Below, one piece after another: positions 28,044-38,194 of a stretch of 54,628 bases of DNA (its first letter is position 1; each line of letters begins with the position of its first letter). A model generated the notes under the pieces. That model was given only the letters and a program-made list of their open reading frames with translations. It was not told the DNA's origin and did no database searches. This DNA comes from Candidatus Micrarchaeota archaeon (GTDB taxonomy: Archaea > Micrarchaeota > Micrarchaeia > Anstonellales > Anstonellaceae): NCBI GenBank assembly GCA_026414185.1, contig JAOAJL010000007.1, forward strand, positions 1 through 54,628, given 5' to 3'. Position numbers and translations under genes: made by a program.

Positions 28044-28382
28044 ATGGCTGCGCAAAAAGGCAGACCCAGAATCCTGGGCGAGCGGGAGATTGTCCTCCTT
28101 AAGTCCCTTTACTTCAAGGAAGGTATGTCTGTCCGCCAGGTGGCAGCTGTTCTTCGCGTGTCACATATGACGGTGTGGAGGGTGCTTTGTCACCTGTCCT
28201 TGCCGCGCCATGCCGGAAAGATATGCCCTAATGATGAGCGAAAAGCAGGCGTGGCTGGCGCAAGTCAGGGAAAAGAGGCAGTCGCCATAGCACAGGCATG
28301 CTCGTGCCAAGCATCCGCAGGACAGACAGCATGGCAGCAAAAAACAGAAAATACGCAGGTAAAGAAGGCTGGAGGAAATTAG
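28044..28382 (+). CDS. Small helix-turn-helix protein
   Basis: LYFKEGMSVRQVAAVLRVSHMTVWRVL HTH pattern; GGGTGAGG ribosome site. Confidence 0.65.
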   Translation: MAAQKGRPRILGEREIVLLKSLYFKEGMSVRQVAAVLRVSHMTVWRVLCHLSLPRHAGKICPNDERKAGVAGASQGKEAVAIAQACSCQASAGQTAWQQKTENTQVKKAGGN

Positions 28383-28583
28383 CCTTATAAACACTTGACA
28401 GCACAACCAGAGTTGCTGGTGCTACAATGCGCGAAACAGCAGATTCCGTAACAGGGGTTTCTTTGCCATCGCTCAGCGTTAGCTTCTTTTTCTTTTCCAC
28501 ATAGCCTTCGCCTTGGTGGCTTGGCAAGTGCCGGGGCGTCCTGAAAAACATTAGGGGAAGTTTTGTAAAAAGAGGTGTTGTTG

Positions 28584-28838
28584 ATGATAAGCAAGACAAA
28601 GGAAATGCGGGGCAAGGGCATTATAGCAAGTGCAATTGCCGAGGCAGCGGCAAGAGGCGGCATGCCAAAAAAGGAAAGCCGCCGGATGTCCGCAGCGCAG
28701 ACCAAAAAGCTGATGCAGGACATTGAGGAAAAGAAAAATGGCGGCGGGCGTAGAGGCAAGAAGAAGGGCGAACCGCCTGCAACTAACCCCTCTGGCATTC
28801 CAGAGTGGATGCTTGGCTACCACTGGCACGGCTGGTAA
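28584..28838 (+). CDS. Small basic hypothetical protein
   Basis: GAGGTG ribosome site; Lys/Gly-rich ORF ending PEWMLGYHWHGW. Confidence 0.5.
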   Translation: MISKTKEMRGKGIIASAIAEAAARGGMPKKESRRMSAAQTKKLMQDIEEKKNGGGRRGKKKGEPPATNPSGIPEWMLGYHWHGW

Positions 28839-28873
28839 GCTGGCAAAGCAAAAAAGGCATGCGCCAGTAAGGC

Positions 28874-29695
28874 TTAGCTTCGCCTCTTCATCATTTCGCG
28901 CTTTCTTGCGCGCAGCTCCTCGCGTATGGCAAGCTCTTCTTCAATCTGCTTGATTCTCTTGAGAAGTATCTTGTGCACTCCGCTTCCATACTGCATCGCC
29001 TTTTTCTTCTTCTCAATCGCCGCCTGCGGCACTCCAAGCTCAGCGGCTATCTGGCGGAGCAGCGGCTTTTTGTTCTCCCGTGTGCCGAGCCTTTCTTTAA
29101 TCGGCACCTTCATCACTTCCTGCATAAAAGGCGGATACAGGAAGGGCCATGCCGCATGCATTCCGAAGTTTTTTGCCACAAGCTCCTGCGAGCGGCAGTC
29201 ACCTTTCGGAAGCTCTTTTATCTCCTTTTCAAGAAGCCTTCGCAGCTGTCCCTCCTTCATCCCGGGCCTGTAGTATCTGTCGTATCCTATGAAAAGCTCC
29301 TCCGCGCCCGTTCCTGAAAGTAGCTTCCACTTGCCAGCCCTCGCAGCTTCGCGGGCGCAGGAAAAGACAGGGACCATAAGCTCAACTTCAAGCAGGTTGC
29401 CCTTCCTTATCTTATAGCACTTTTTGTAGACAGAAACAATCTCATCCTCAGAAAGCACCACTTCCTTATGGGGCAAGCCAAGCTCTGCCGCTATGGCTTT
29501 GGCAGCCTCCAAATCAGTGCTTCCCGGCATCCCCGCCGTAACCAACAGGGGCGTCCCAAACCTCTTTGCCACAGTTGCAATAGTGCTTGAATCCAGCCCT
29601 CCGGAAAAGAGAATCGCCAGCTCTCCCTGGCAGGTGTTTCGCATCCCTTCCACAAAAAGTTCGGCTAGCCTTTTGACATCAGCCATAATACCCAA
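28874..29695 (-). CDS. Asparagine synthase C-terminal-domain protein (no glutaminase domain)
   Basis: FSGGLDSS, SGTGAEELFIGY, WPFL, KPLLR, KKKAMQYGSG. Confidence 0.88.
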   Translation of the reverse strand: MGIMADVKRLAELFVEGMRNTCQGELAILFSGGLDSSTIATVAKRFGTPLLVTAGMPGSTDLEAAKAIAAELGLPHKEVVLSEDEIVSVYKKCYKIRKGNLLEVELMVPVFSCAREAARAGKWKLLSGTGAEELFIGYDRYYRPGMKEGQLRRLLEKEIKELPKGDCRSQELVAKNFGMHAAWPFLYPPFMQEVMKVPIKERLGTRENKKPLLRQIAAELGVPQAAIEKKKKAMQYGSGVHKILLKRIKQIEEELAIREELRARKREMMKRRS

Positions 29696-29742
29696 TCCAT
29701 CCTTATCCTTTTAAACATGATTTTTCCGAATGTTTCCAAAAG

Positions 29743-29906
29743 GGGCCCGTAGCTCAGTTTGGATAGAGCGGCACTCTCCTAACTTGGGCGTTTGTGCCAA
29801 GCACGCCGCCCAGCAACTCGCCCTCGCGCGAGGGCGAACGAGAGTCCCTTTTCCGAAATTGCTCGGAGAAAGGTGAAGGTCGTGAGTTCAAATCTCACCG
29901 GGCCCG
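29743..29906 (+). tRNA. tRNA-Arg(CCT) with 89-nt intron at 37/38 (29782-29870)
   Basis: Acceptor GGGCCCG/CGGGCCC-G, A20 identity element, GCACT-CTCCTA|A-GGTGA, T arm GTGAG-TTCAAAT-CTCAC; CTCC pairs with intron GGAG; 75 nt spliced. Confidence 0.87.
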
Positions 29907-29908
29907 CT

Positions 29909-30499
29909 ATGGCAACCTCCCGCCTGCCCTACGTTTTTCTTTTTGCGCTTTTGCTCACCATCAACCTCCTTATTTTCCTTACTCCTCTCATTGCAATGGA
30001 AGGGCAATCCATAGCAGCGGAAGCCCTCTATGCCGCCTTCTCCCCGACCTGCCACCAGCTTACCTCTCGCTCGCTTTGCCTTTTCAGATGGGAAGACAAG
30101 CGCATCTCAATAGGAAGCTGCATTGAGCCTGAAAGGCTTTCATTTTCGCGGGCAAACCGGGTTGTCTATCCCGATAGGGTCGGCTACAAGTTTCCAGTAT
30201 GCGCGCGCGACACCGCCATCTATGCGGCAATGCTTCTTGGGCTTGCCATCCTGCCCTTCATAACCAGAATTGAGCTTGAAGACCTGCCTAACGTGTGGTT
30301 ATTGGTGGCTGCGGCGCTTCCCATCGGCATAGATGGCGGTTTGCAACTTCTTGGAATTTTGGAAAGCACAAACACAGTCCGCATACTGACAGGCGCGATA
30401 GTTGGGCTGGCACTCCCCTTTTATCTTCTGCCTATCCTAAATGCGCTTTACTCCCTCATAAAAGAAAAGCTGGAAGGCGAAGGGCTTCTTGCCAAATAA
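29909..30499 (+). CDS. DUF2085-like membrane protein
   Basis: CHQLTSRS, PVCARD, PIGIDG, RILTG; the ORF-track start overlaps the tRNA, so start moved to 29909. Confidence 0.85.
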   Translation: MATSRLPYVFLFALLLTINLLIFLTPLIAMEGQSIAAEALYAAFSPTCHQLTSRSLCLFRWEDKRISIGSCIEPERLSFSRANRVVYPDRVGYKFPVCARDTAIYAAMLLGLAILPFITRIELEDLPNVWLLVAAALPIGIDGGLQLLGILESTNTVRILTGAIVGLALPFYLLPILNALYSLIKEKLEGEGLLAK

Positions 30500-30550
30500 C
30501 CCAGCCCAAGTCCACTGCAGCAAGGTTCCCCCTCCTCTCCGCCCATGAAA

Positions 30551-32251
30551 TTACTCAAATATGTGCTCAACTATGGCGGCGTAGGCAGGGCGTGAGATGA
30601 ACAAGCCCAAAAGAGCGCCCAGTATGGTGGCAGTCGCAAACCCTATTATTTCCACAAGCCCTGATATGAGAAGAAGCGGCAGCATGGCAACCACCGCCAC
30701 GGTCACAGAGGTGGTTATTATCGCAAACGCCTTTTCCATCCTTTTTCTTGCTTCCTCGCCCTTTTTCAAAAGCTCGTCCGTGACCACTATCTGCGCATCC
30801 ACCCCGACCCCAATCGCAGCAAGCATGCCTGCCATCGCCGACAAGTCTATGGTGAAGGAGCCGAGTATCGCCATCAAGATGATGAGCTCCGCAAAGCTGA
30901 TGGAAAGCATAGGGACAATTATCTGCAGGCGCCGATAGCGCAGCGCGACCATAAGAGAAATCGCAAGGAGCGCAAAAGCAAGCCCTATGAGCGAAAGCCT
31001 CAGGAACTCAGAGCCAAGCGGTGCGGGTATGACGGTTCTGCTTCCTATCGTTATCTGGACGGGAAGCGCCCCTCCTTTGAGGATGGAGGCAAGCTCGCGC
31101 TCCTTTTTCAGCGCATCCGCAGTCCTCTCCTGCTGGGTTGCTCCGCTTGCAGGGCCGCTTATTGTATAGCCGTAATTAAGGAGCCCCTCGGTGACAGAGG
31201 GCACAAGGCGCGGGGCTGAGAGGAGCCCTACTGCCTTCCATACAGTGACCGCGTTGCTTGTCGGAAGATAAGGCGATATCTGATATGAAGGTGTCATCTC
31301 CTCCGCGCTTCTTTCCTCCACCAAAAAGCCCGCTTCCCTCAGCTTGCCGGCAAGCGCGCTTCCTTTCTTGATGATGGCTTTCGTCTTGTTGTTTTTCGGC
31401 TGGAGCGAAAAGTTCTTTTCAATCTCCTCCTCTATGTAGACGGCTATGTCGTCCCCTTCCAACCGCAGGGCAGACTCTGCCAGGGAGTAGGCAGTCGCCT
31501 TGGAAACCGGCGTTCCTGCCGACTTTGCATTTGCCAAAAGCTCCTTTTCTCCGACAATCACTATTGCATTTGAAGGCCTGTCAAGGAACATATAAAGAGG
31601 GTAGTTTGCCTTGCCCTTCGCCACCTCCGCAAACCTCTGTGCGCCGCGCTTGGTCACGCTGAACTGCACCCCCCAGTCTGCTCCGTGAAGATACTGAGGC
31701 GGGACTGCAGTTATTGAGCCGGAGTAGATATCCTCCCCTGAAATTGCAACCTTCCCATCCACTATGCCCTGATAGACTCCCTGCTGGGAAAGCAGCTTCT
31801 CAACATCTCGTATAAGCTGCGGGTCGGATGCCGGTAGCTCAACATATATCTCGCTGTCGCCTATCGGACGGACTTTCACCTCGGTCAGCCCAAATGAAGC
31901 CGCGCGCGTCTTTATGGTATTTACCATCTCTTCCATGACAACGGTGCCGACCGGCTGCTCCAAAAGCACAGGCAGCCGCACCCCTCCTGAGAAGTCTATG
32001 CCGTATTTCACTCCGTTTGACCAGATGGAAAAAGCCGAAAGTAGTACGATGGCGAACAAGCCGGCAACGCGGACGTTGTCGCTTTTCAGAAAGGAAATGG
32101 CAATTGCGACCGCAAGAAGGGAGCCTATGTAAATCGCGACGCCAGAAGGCTTCATCGCATACATCGCCGCGCAGGCAAGGAGCGTAAAGAGGAATATTGC
32201 CGCAACTTCGCGCGTGCGCGCCCCTTTCATTATTTCTGCAAGAGTTATCAT
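30551..32251 (-). CDS. secD: Preprotein translocase subunit SecD
   Basis: YGIDFSGG, LKGGALP, GVGVDAQIV motifs; start moved to 32251. Confidence 0.9.
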   Translation of the reverse strand: MITLAEIMKGARTREVAAIFLFTLLACAAMYAMKPSGVAIYIGSLLAVAIAISFLKSDNVRVAGLFAIVLLSAFSIWSNGVKYGIDFSGGVRLPVLLEQPVGTVVMEEMVNTIKTRAASFGLTEVKVRPIGDSEIYVELPASDPQLIRDVEKLLSQQGVYQGIVDGKVAISGEDIYSGSITAVPPQYLHGADWGVQFSVTKRGAQRFAEVAKGKANYPLYMFLDRPSNAIVIVGEKELLANAKSAGTPVSKATAYSLAESALRLEGDDIAVYIEEEIEKNFSLQPKNNKTKAIIKKGSALAGKLREAGFLVEERSAEEMTPSYQISPYLPTSNAVTVWKAVGLLSAPRLVPSVTEGLLNYGYTISGPASGATQQERTADALKKERELASILKGGALPVQITIGSRTVIPAPLGSEFLRLSLIGLAFALLAISLMVALRYRRLQIIVPMLSISFAELIILMAILGSFTIDLSAMAGMLAAIGVGVDAQIVVTDELLKKGEEARKRMEKAFAIITTSVTVAVVAMLPLLLISGLVEIIGFATATILGALLGLFISRPAYAAIVEHIFE

Positions 32252-32255
32252 CGCA

Positions 32256-33422
32256 CTACCCCGAAAATATAGAGGACAGAAACGGCTTTTGCTCCTCCCC
32301 CGCCTTCCCGCCCTTTTCAAGATACCAAAGGACAATCACCGCATTCAGCATCCAGGTTGCAATAAGGTCCCCCACCAGCCCAGCCAGCGCTACAGCAGAA
32401 ATCTCATAATAGGTGTTGATGTGGGTGAGCGAAGCAAGTATGAAGAGGCAGACGAAAGAGAGCATGAGCGCAACGCTCATCGTCATCCCGGTTTTCATCG
32501 CCTCATAAGCCCTCTGCCTCGGTTCGCCTTCTCTCCTTTTTATTACGCGCATGGTCAGCAGAACGTCCGTGTCAAGGGAAAAGCCGATCAGCATCAGCAG
32601 TGCGGCAAAGGAGGCAAGGGTAAGGGGTATTCCAAACAGCCCCATCGCGCCAAGCCCCATGATGACATCGCAAGCAGCGCCAATCAGGACCGCCAAGCTT
32701 GGCACCACGCTTCTGAAAATCAGAAAAACCACTATGGAAACCAAAACAGTGGAGATTATTATGACATTCACTGCTTTTTCTATGAACTTTGCCGAGAGGG
32801 AAGCCGAAACCTCGTTGAATTGGGCGCTTTCATACCCGACTTCTGAGGAAAGGAGGGCAGTCAGCTTTTCAGAGTATTCATCAAGTATTGCCCTATAGGA
32901 ATTGCCGACCGCCTCCTTCAAAGCGTTTGTCTCAGAGTATTCAGTCGCATTTTGCGCCCTGCCCGCAATTCCAAAAAGTCCGTTGGCATAAGCGTCAGTG
33001 CTTTTCCTTGCTTCAAGATAGGCTGAAACCGCTTCGGCGCTTCCATTGCTTGCCGCAACTTCCGCCTCAAGCCGAGAAACATGCTCTATCTCCGAGAAAA
33101 AGGAGCTTTTGAGCTCCTCTGCCAAAGTGAGCTTCTCATCCCGCTCTATCTCAACCTCCACTTCGTATCCGCTTGGGTTTTGAAGCGACTTGACCGATGA
33201 AACTGCGAAGCCCGCATCTTCAAGTGCGGCTTTGAGCTTCTGCTCATCCACTCCTGCCGCAGTCTGCATAGTGACGAGGGTGCCTCCTTTGAAATCAACC
33301 CCCCTTTTTATGGCATAAGGCGAGCCGGGCAAGCCTATGAGAAGAAGCGAAGCTACCACAAGAACTAAGGGCACAACTATCAAAACCTTGTAATTTCCCG
33401 TGTAAGGGTTTGGCATTTCCAT
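32256..33422 (-). CDS. secF: Preprotein translocase subunit SecF
   Basis: GVDFKGG, LMLIGFSLDTDVLLT, TWMLNA. Confidence 0.92.
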   Translation of the reverse strand: MEMPNPYTGNYKVLIVVPLVLVVASLLLIGLPGSPYAIKRGVDFKGGTLVTMQTAAGVDEQKLKAALEDAGFAVSSVKSLQNPSGYEVEVEIERDEKLTLAEELKSSFFSEIEHVSRLEAEVAASNGSAEAVSAYLEARKSTDAYANGLFGIAGRAQNATEYSETNALKEAVGNSYRAILDEYSEKLTALLSSEVGYESAQFNEVSASLSAKFIEKAVNVIIISTVLVSIVVFLIFRSVVPSLAVLIGAACDVIMGLGAMGLFGIPLTLASFAALLMLIGFSLDTDVLLTMRVIKRREGEPRQRAYEAMKTGMTMSVALMLSFVCLFILASLTHINTYYEISAVALAGLVGDLIATWMLNAVIVLWYLEKGGKAGEEQKPFLSSIFSG

Positions 33423-33510
33423 AAGAACGCATCCGCTCCCGCAAGCCAGCCCTACTCTATTGGGGAATATTATTTAAATGGCACTGCAAAGCCATCTTCC
33501 TTTTGCCTTT

Positions 33511-34497
33511 TCATATTATCTTCAGCAAGCCCCTCCCCACTTCCGCAAGGTCCGCCCCGAGAAGCGAGCTTCCCTGACGCATTGCGGTGAAGGTTATTAT
33601 GAGGGCAAAAAGCGGGTACAAAAGCGCCTGCATGTAAAGGACCGTTATGGTGTTCTTTATCTGCTCAAGTATGCCCGCATGCTTCTCCTCGTTCATCTTC
33701 ACCTCATAATATACCCGCATCGCAGAGCCGTAACTTGTCGCACATGGGGACTTTTCGCCTTCCTCATATGCGCTTATGCTTGTGCAGGCATGCGACGAAT
33801 TTGGCATCATTGCGACTATCAGCACGTATGTTATTGGAAAGACAAAGCCAAATGCAAGGGCAAATGCACATACAAAGCCGCCAGCCCCCCTTGTGGGCGC
33901 AAAAGAGCGGAGGATAAGTCCAATCGGCAGGAATATCTGCACCATCGTGTATTGGGAGAAGTGAAGAAGATAATACTGGACGTAGTGGAATATACCAAGA
34001 TAAACGATGGCTTTGTTTATGTAATGCGCAAGCGAAACTGGTCCAGCGAGGGCGAACGAGCCGCCCGTCCCCTCCACCCCAAAAGCATCAAAAGAAATAG
34101 AACTTGCAAGCTCAACGAAAAAATTGATTCTGAAAACAATATTGTAGATGCGATCCTCGCAGCGAATGGGACCGTTGACAATGTAGGCTTTTGCTATCTT
34201 GAATGGATCGCGCAGATGCCCTTCTGCGGCTTTTTTCAGCTCCACATTGCCGCTTGCAAGCGCCAGCTTTCCAGTAACTTCGCCCATAACCCAGTTGCCG
34301 GCAGAAACCATGCCAACCGCAAAGGCAATTATCAGGAAAGTGACGGCAACCTGCGCATACTCCGCCTTCGCCCAAAGCTCAAGCTGCTGGAGGGAAAATG
34401 CCTTTGCCGCCATCTGAACAAGAACGGTGATGAAAAGCGAAATGAGCCCGATCGTGGCGCATATCGCTTCCCACCCAAGCGGCAGATTCGCAGCCAT
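33511..34497 (-). CDS. CedA/VirB6-like multi-pass membrane protein, paralogue 6
   Basis: WAKAEYAQ and LPIGLILRSFAPTRGAGG motifs shared across the array. Confidence 0.7.
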   Translation of the reverse strand: MAANLPLGWEAICATIGLISLFITVLVQMAAKAFSLQQLELWAKAEYAQVAVTFLIIAFAVGMVSAGNWVMGEVTGKLALASGNVELKKAAEGHLRDPFKIAKAYIVNGPIRCEDRIYNIVFRINFFVELASSISFDAFGVEGTGGSFALAGPVSLAHYINKAIVYLGIFHYVQYYLLHFSQYTMVQIFLPIGLILRSFAPTRGAGGFVCAFALAFGFVFPITYVLIVAMMPNSSHACTSISAYEEGEKSPCATSYGSAMRVYYEVKMNEEKHAGILEQIKNTITVLYMQALLYPLFALIITFTAMRQGSSLLGADLAEVGRGLLKII

Positions 34498-35565
34498 CTA
34501 TATCAGCCTCGTCAGGTTGCTCACGTCTATCTCCTCTCCCAGTATGTGGGTGAGGGAGCGGGCAATCTCTACAAGCACTATGAATGCAAGCACAGGGAGA
34601 ACCACTGCTGCGATAAAATAAAGGACAATCGGTTTTACGATGAATATGGCTGCGTTTGAAAGCCCATTGACCATCTGTTTGACGTTGCCAGTGTCTGCAA
34701 GTTGCCCTATGTTGTTTTTCAGGTCCTCCGCATTTGGCATTTTTCCGCTTTCCACCTGGCTATTGATGTCCTCTGTTTTCTGCTCAAGCTCGCCCTTTAC
34801 GTCCGTCAACTGCCCGCTTATTATGTAGTCCTGAAGCACTATGGATAAAGGGTAGAAAAACAGGAAAGTTATGGAAATGCCAATCAGCGTCCCCCCAAAT
34901 CCCCTTGACGGCTCAAACGCCCTGAAAAACAGCCCAAAAGGAAGTATGTAAGTCAAGGTCGCATACCCCATGTACTCAACCATCTTCATCTGAAGCCCAA
35001 TTAGCAGGTATGATGTTATGAAGCCGGAAACCATGTAAAACACAATCGTGTTAAGCTGACCAACAGACTCCAGGGGGTTGTCTTCCATTCCCAGTCCGAT
35101 GGGGTTGGAGATATAAGTGGTCCTCTGAAGAAGCCCGACAATTTTCGCAAAATGCATCAGGTAGCCAAACAATATCGCTCCCGTCGCCTGAAGCCCTCCA
35201 AAATAATCCTCAACAATTTCAAACATATTCTTGTCTGCGTACTTCGGCGGTTGGGAGGGCAAGTCAAGAAAACCAAGCTTGAATGCGCATGCGCCAAAAA
35301 TAAAGAAGGCAATAACCGCAAACAAGCCTGCTGTTGCAAATATCTGGAAAAGCTCAAACTTGCACCATGTAAGGAATGCTTGGTTGCGTAGGAAATTGGC
35401 AAACATGAAAAGCAGGACAAGCGAAATCAGAGAAACAAGGAGGGCAAGAAGGCAAAGCTCAAACCACCCGCTGCCAAGCACTCCAAACGAATATGGAAAT
35501 ACGTGCGGGTCGTGCGCAACTATCTTTTCGCATATTTTTTGGGCAAGCAACATAACATTCCTCAT
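34498..35565 (-). CDS. CedA/VirB6-like multi-pass membrane protein, paralogue 5
   Basis: WCKFELFQ, LPFGLFFRAFEPSRGFGG, LGEEIDVSNLTRLI. Confidence 0.7.
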   Translation of the reverse strand: MRNVMLLAQKICEKIVAHDPHVFPYSFGVLGSGWFELCLLALLVSLISLVLLFMFANFLRNQAFLTWCKFELFQIFATAGLFAVIAFFIFGACAFKLGFLDLPSQPPKYADKNMFEIVEDYFGGLQATGAILFGYLMHFAKIVGLLQRTTYISNPIGLGMEDNPLESVGQLNTIVFYMVSGFITSYLLIGLQMKMVEYMGYATLTYILPFGLFFRAFEPSRGFGGTLIGISITFLFFYPLSIVLQDYIISGQLTDVKGELEQKTEDINSQVESGKMPNAEDLKNNIGQLADTGNVKQMVNGLSNAAIFIVKPIVLYFIAAVVLPVLAFIVLVEIARSLTHILGEEIDVSNLTRLI

Positions 35566-36932
35566 ATTATCTTTTCAAGCGCGGATAGGTCAATCTCAGT
35601 GCCAAGCGCCTTGGCAACTTCCTTCGCCAAGGTTATTGTTATGAATATTATGAAAATAGGTATGACCAGGCTGACTATGAAAAGAAAGAAAATCACCTCG
35701 TATATTCCATACAGTAAAAGCGTCAATATTGGGGGCAGAAGAAAAGCAGCAAGCCAGCTTATATTGAATTTTTGAAGTATCTTATTCAATGCCACTGTGC
35801 CTATCGCCACACCTGCAACACCACCAAACGCACCCATGCCGCTGAGTTTTTCAAACACTCCGCCGACCGCCTTTGAGAGCACAGTATTATATATGCAAAA
35901 AACTCCGCTTCCAACAACGGGTAGTTGGCCATCAATAGAAATCACAATGTCGCCTTGTAGAACCTTCTCCTGCGAAAGGCGGTAGGGCTTGCTTGCAGGC
36001 CACGGGTCATAGCCTCTCTTGCCATTAGCGATGAAAGGCTCGTTTTCGTCCTCTGGCTGGGGGTTAATTCCAACACAGCACATCGGCTTGTCCCCAACGC
36101 AAGTCGCCCAGATATGAGGCGGATTTGCAATCGCAAGTTCGTTTTCAAAATAGTTAGTTATCATCTCGCCAAACTGGACCATCATGAACGGATAGACAAA
36201 ATAAAGCGATATGGCAAGACCGATTAGGGCGTTTGCGCCTGCCTTTGCCTGAGGTCCAAAAGCCCGAAGGAATATGCCAAGAGGCAAAAACAGCGGAAGC
36301 ATGGTGTTTTTGATAAAGCAGAGCAAAAATTCGTGTGCAAACCACTCGGCAACAGCCGCGGCTATAAGTTGCATTATCGCCCCAAGCCCGTCAAATATAG
36401 GTCTGAACATAGGGGCAATTTGAAAACTCGTAGCAAAAGCCTTAAAGCCAGCTAGCTTTATATTAGGTTTTTGGTGCGCCACAAACGAAATAATCATGTT
36501 TGAGAAAACCATAAGGGCAAAATCAAAAACAACAGTGTTTCTTATTAGAGTTGAATAAGCGCGGGCGGTGTCTATGTTTTTTACGCCAAAGTCCTCAAGC
36601 CCAGCAAACGACAAAGTCAGCACAGAGAGTATCGCTGCCGTTTCAGCCACGCCCCACAGTGTTCCGCGTAGCCACTCATTCAGCTTTGCGCTTCCGAACA
36701 AACCGCTTACTATGTAGCCTACTGATACTATCAATATGCTTAGAATCAGCGCAATCCAAGCAAGCGGCATCCAGCTATTCGGCGTGCCGCCGACGCACTC
36801 CACGGGCGCTGAAGAGCCAAACATGGTTCCGATGTCGGCAAAGTCAAACGAATTGAGCATGCCGGCAATCATTATGAGGAATATCAAAAATGCGGCAACA
36901 TATGGCATTCTTGAACGGCGTTTTTCCATCAT
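35562..36932 (-). CDS. CedA/VirB6-like multi-pass membrane protein, paralogue 4
   Basis: LPLGIFLRAFGP, LYFVYP, LGTEIDLSALEKII. Confidence 0.7.
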   Translation of the reverse strand: MMEKRRSRMPYVAAFLIFLIMIAGMLNSFDFADIGTMFGSSAPVECVGGTPNSWMPLAWIALILSILIVSVGYIVSGLFGSAKLNEWLRGTLWGVAETAAILSVLTLSFAGLEDFGVKNIDTARAYSTLIRNTVVFDFALMVFSNMIISFVAHQKPNIKLAGFKAFATSFQIAPMFRPIFDGLGAIMQLIAAAVAEWFAHEFLLCFIKNTMLPLFLPLGIFLRAFGPQAKAGANALIGLAISLYFVYPFMMVQFGEMITNYFENELAIANPPHIWATCVGDKPMCCVGINPQPEDENEPFIANGKRGYDPWPASKPYRLSQEKVLQGDIVISIDGQLPVVGSGVFCIYNTVLSKAVGGVFEKLSGMGAFGGVAGVAIGTVALNKILQKFNISWLAAFLLPPILTLLLYGIYEVIFFLFIVSLVIPIFIIFITITLAKEVAKALGTEIDLSALEKII

Positions 36933-38191
36933 ATCAGCCTTGAAAGTATGGATATTTCAACGTCTCCGCCTATTAGCGGCGAGAGATACTTAAAAGCGGC
37001 GAGCATCGCCATCAAGCCAAGAAAAGGGATAACTATAGAGAAGACCATCAATGCCCCAAGCGAACCGAGAGTTCCATCTGGGGAAAATTTAGGAAGGATA
37101 TTTCCCTTGAGCCAATTGGTTTTTATCATCTGCAGAAGTTGGCTTTCAAGTTTGTTCATAGTTCTCTTTTGGGCTTCAATGTTTTCCTGGCTTGCCGAGC
37201 CGCAAATATCCATTATGCTTACTTTTGTTTTGCTCATCTCATTCTGGCTCATCGTATTTGGATTGAGGTCGCCCGCAATTCCAGGAATAAATGAGTTTTC
37301 CATATCAACATCCGTTCCAAATTTTGGAGAAGAATTCTGGTCGCTTCCCCTTACAAATCCAAATAAGATGGCGTTTCCAAGGGCATAAAACATAGGCAAG
37401 ACGATATAGGCGCACAGCCCGAGAGCTATAAGAAGCCCGCCAAGCTTTCTTGTGAAGTAAAAAATGCGCAGGACAAGCCCCATGGAAAGCATAAGAGGCA
37501 AAAAGGCAACATGCAGATATTCAAGCATAAGCTGCTGTATTCTGGCAAACATCATCATTTTCACTGTAAGGTCAAAAATCACGTTGTAATACTCGCTGAT
37601 AATAGACAAGCCTGCAAGTGGGCGTATGGAGATGCCGGCAAGCTCAACTATCGCTTTAGCTGATAAGCCGATGGATATATTGTCTGCTAATGCATAAAGA
37701 GAATTAAAGGTGAGAGCGGTTATCGCATTTGTTCTTCCACTCTCATAAAGCATCTGCAAATAGTCCATAGCAAGAGCGATGTGACAGGGCTTTCCGGCTT
37801 GAATGGCGGTCCTGGGCAAGCAAGTGGAAACTGCTGGGTCGCAGCAGATGATACTGTTAACGTAGCTTCGCCAAGCAGGAGAGCCTGCGGTTGCCAACAC
37901 TCTCAGCCAGCCATCCATACTTGCCATTAGCACAAGCACAACCAGCATTATCAGAGCCGAATAGAAAAGCTGACCAACCTCCTTTTTCACCCACGCTTTC
38001 ATGCTCTCGTCGCCAAGGAAACTGAAAGCCATCCACCCCAATGCAAGAAGAAGTGAAACTATTGCCATTGCAAGAAGCGGCATGCCAAGCCATCCCATAA
38101 CAGGTTTTATCTCCTTTCCAGTAGACGATGTGCAGCCTGCCAAAAGAAGCAGGCATATGAAAAGCAACCCAACCGCCATTCCTCTGCGCAT
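36929..38191 (-). CDS. CedA/VirB6-like multi-pass membrane protein, paralogue 3, with lipobox
   Basis: LLAGC; WVKKEVGQ, MGLVLRIFYFTRKLGG, IGGDVEISILSRLI. Confidence 0.7.
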   Translation of the reverse strand: MRRGMAVGLLFICLLLLAGCTSSTGKEIKPVMGWLGMPLLAMAIVSLLLALGWMAFSFLGDESMKAWVKKEVGQLFYSALIMLVVLVLMASMDGWLRVLATAGSPAWRSYVNSIICCDPAVSTCLPRTAIQAGKPCHIALAMDYLQMLYESGRTNAITALTFNSLYALADNISIGLSAKAIVELAGISIRPLAGLSIISEYYNVIFDLTVKMMMFARIQQLMLEYLHVAFLPLMLSMGLVLRIFYFTRKLGGLLIALGLCAYIVLPMFYALGNAILFGFVRGSDQNSSPKFGTDVDMENSFIPGIAGDLNPNTMSQNEMSKTKVSIMDICGSASQENIEAQKRTMNKLESQLLQMIKTNWLKGNILPKFSPDGTLGSLGALMVFSIVIPFLGLMAMLAAFKYLSPLIGGDVEISILSRLI

Positions 38192-38194
38192 ATT

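Noticed and set aside
29771-29876. Alternative reading as a CTA-anticodon suppressor tRNA or a two-intron Arg tRNA
   Set aside because: The CTA register lacks invariant U33; A20 and the CTCC/GGAG splice helix favour Arg(CCT) with one intron
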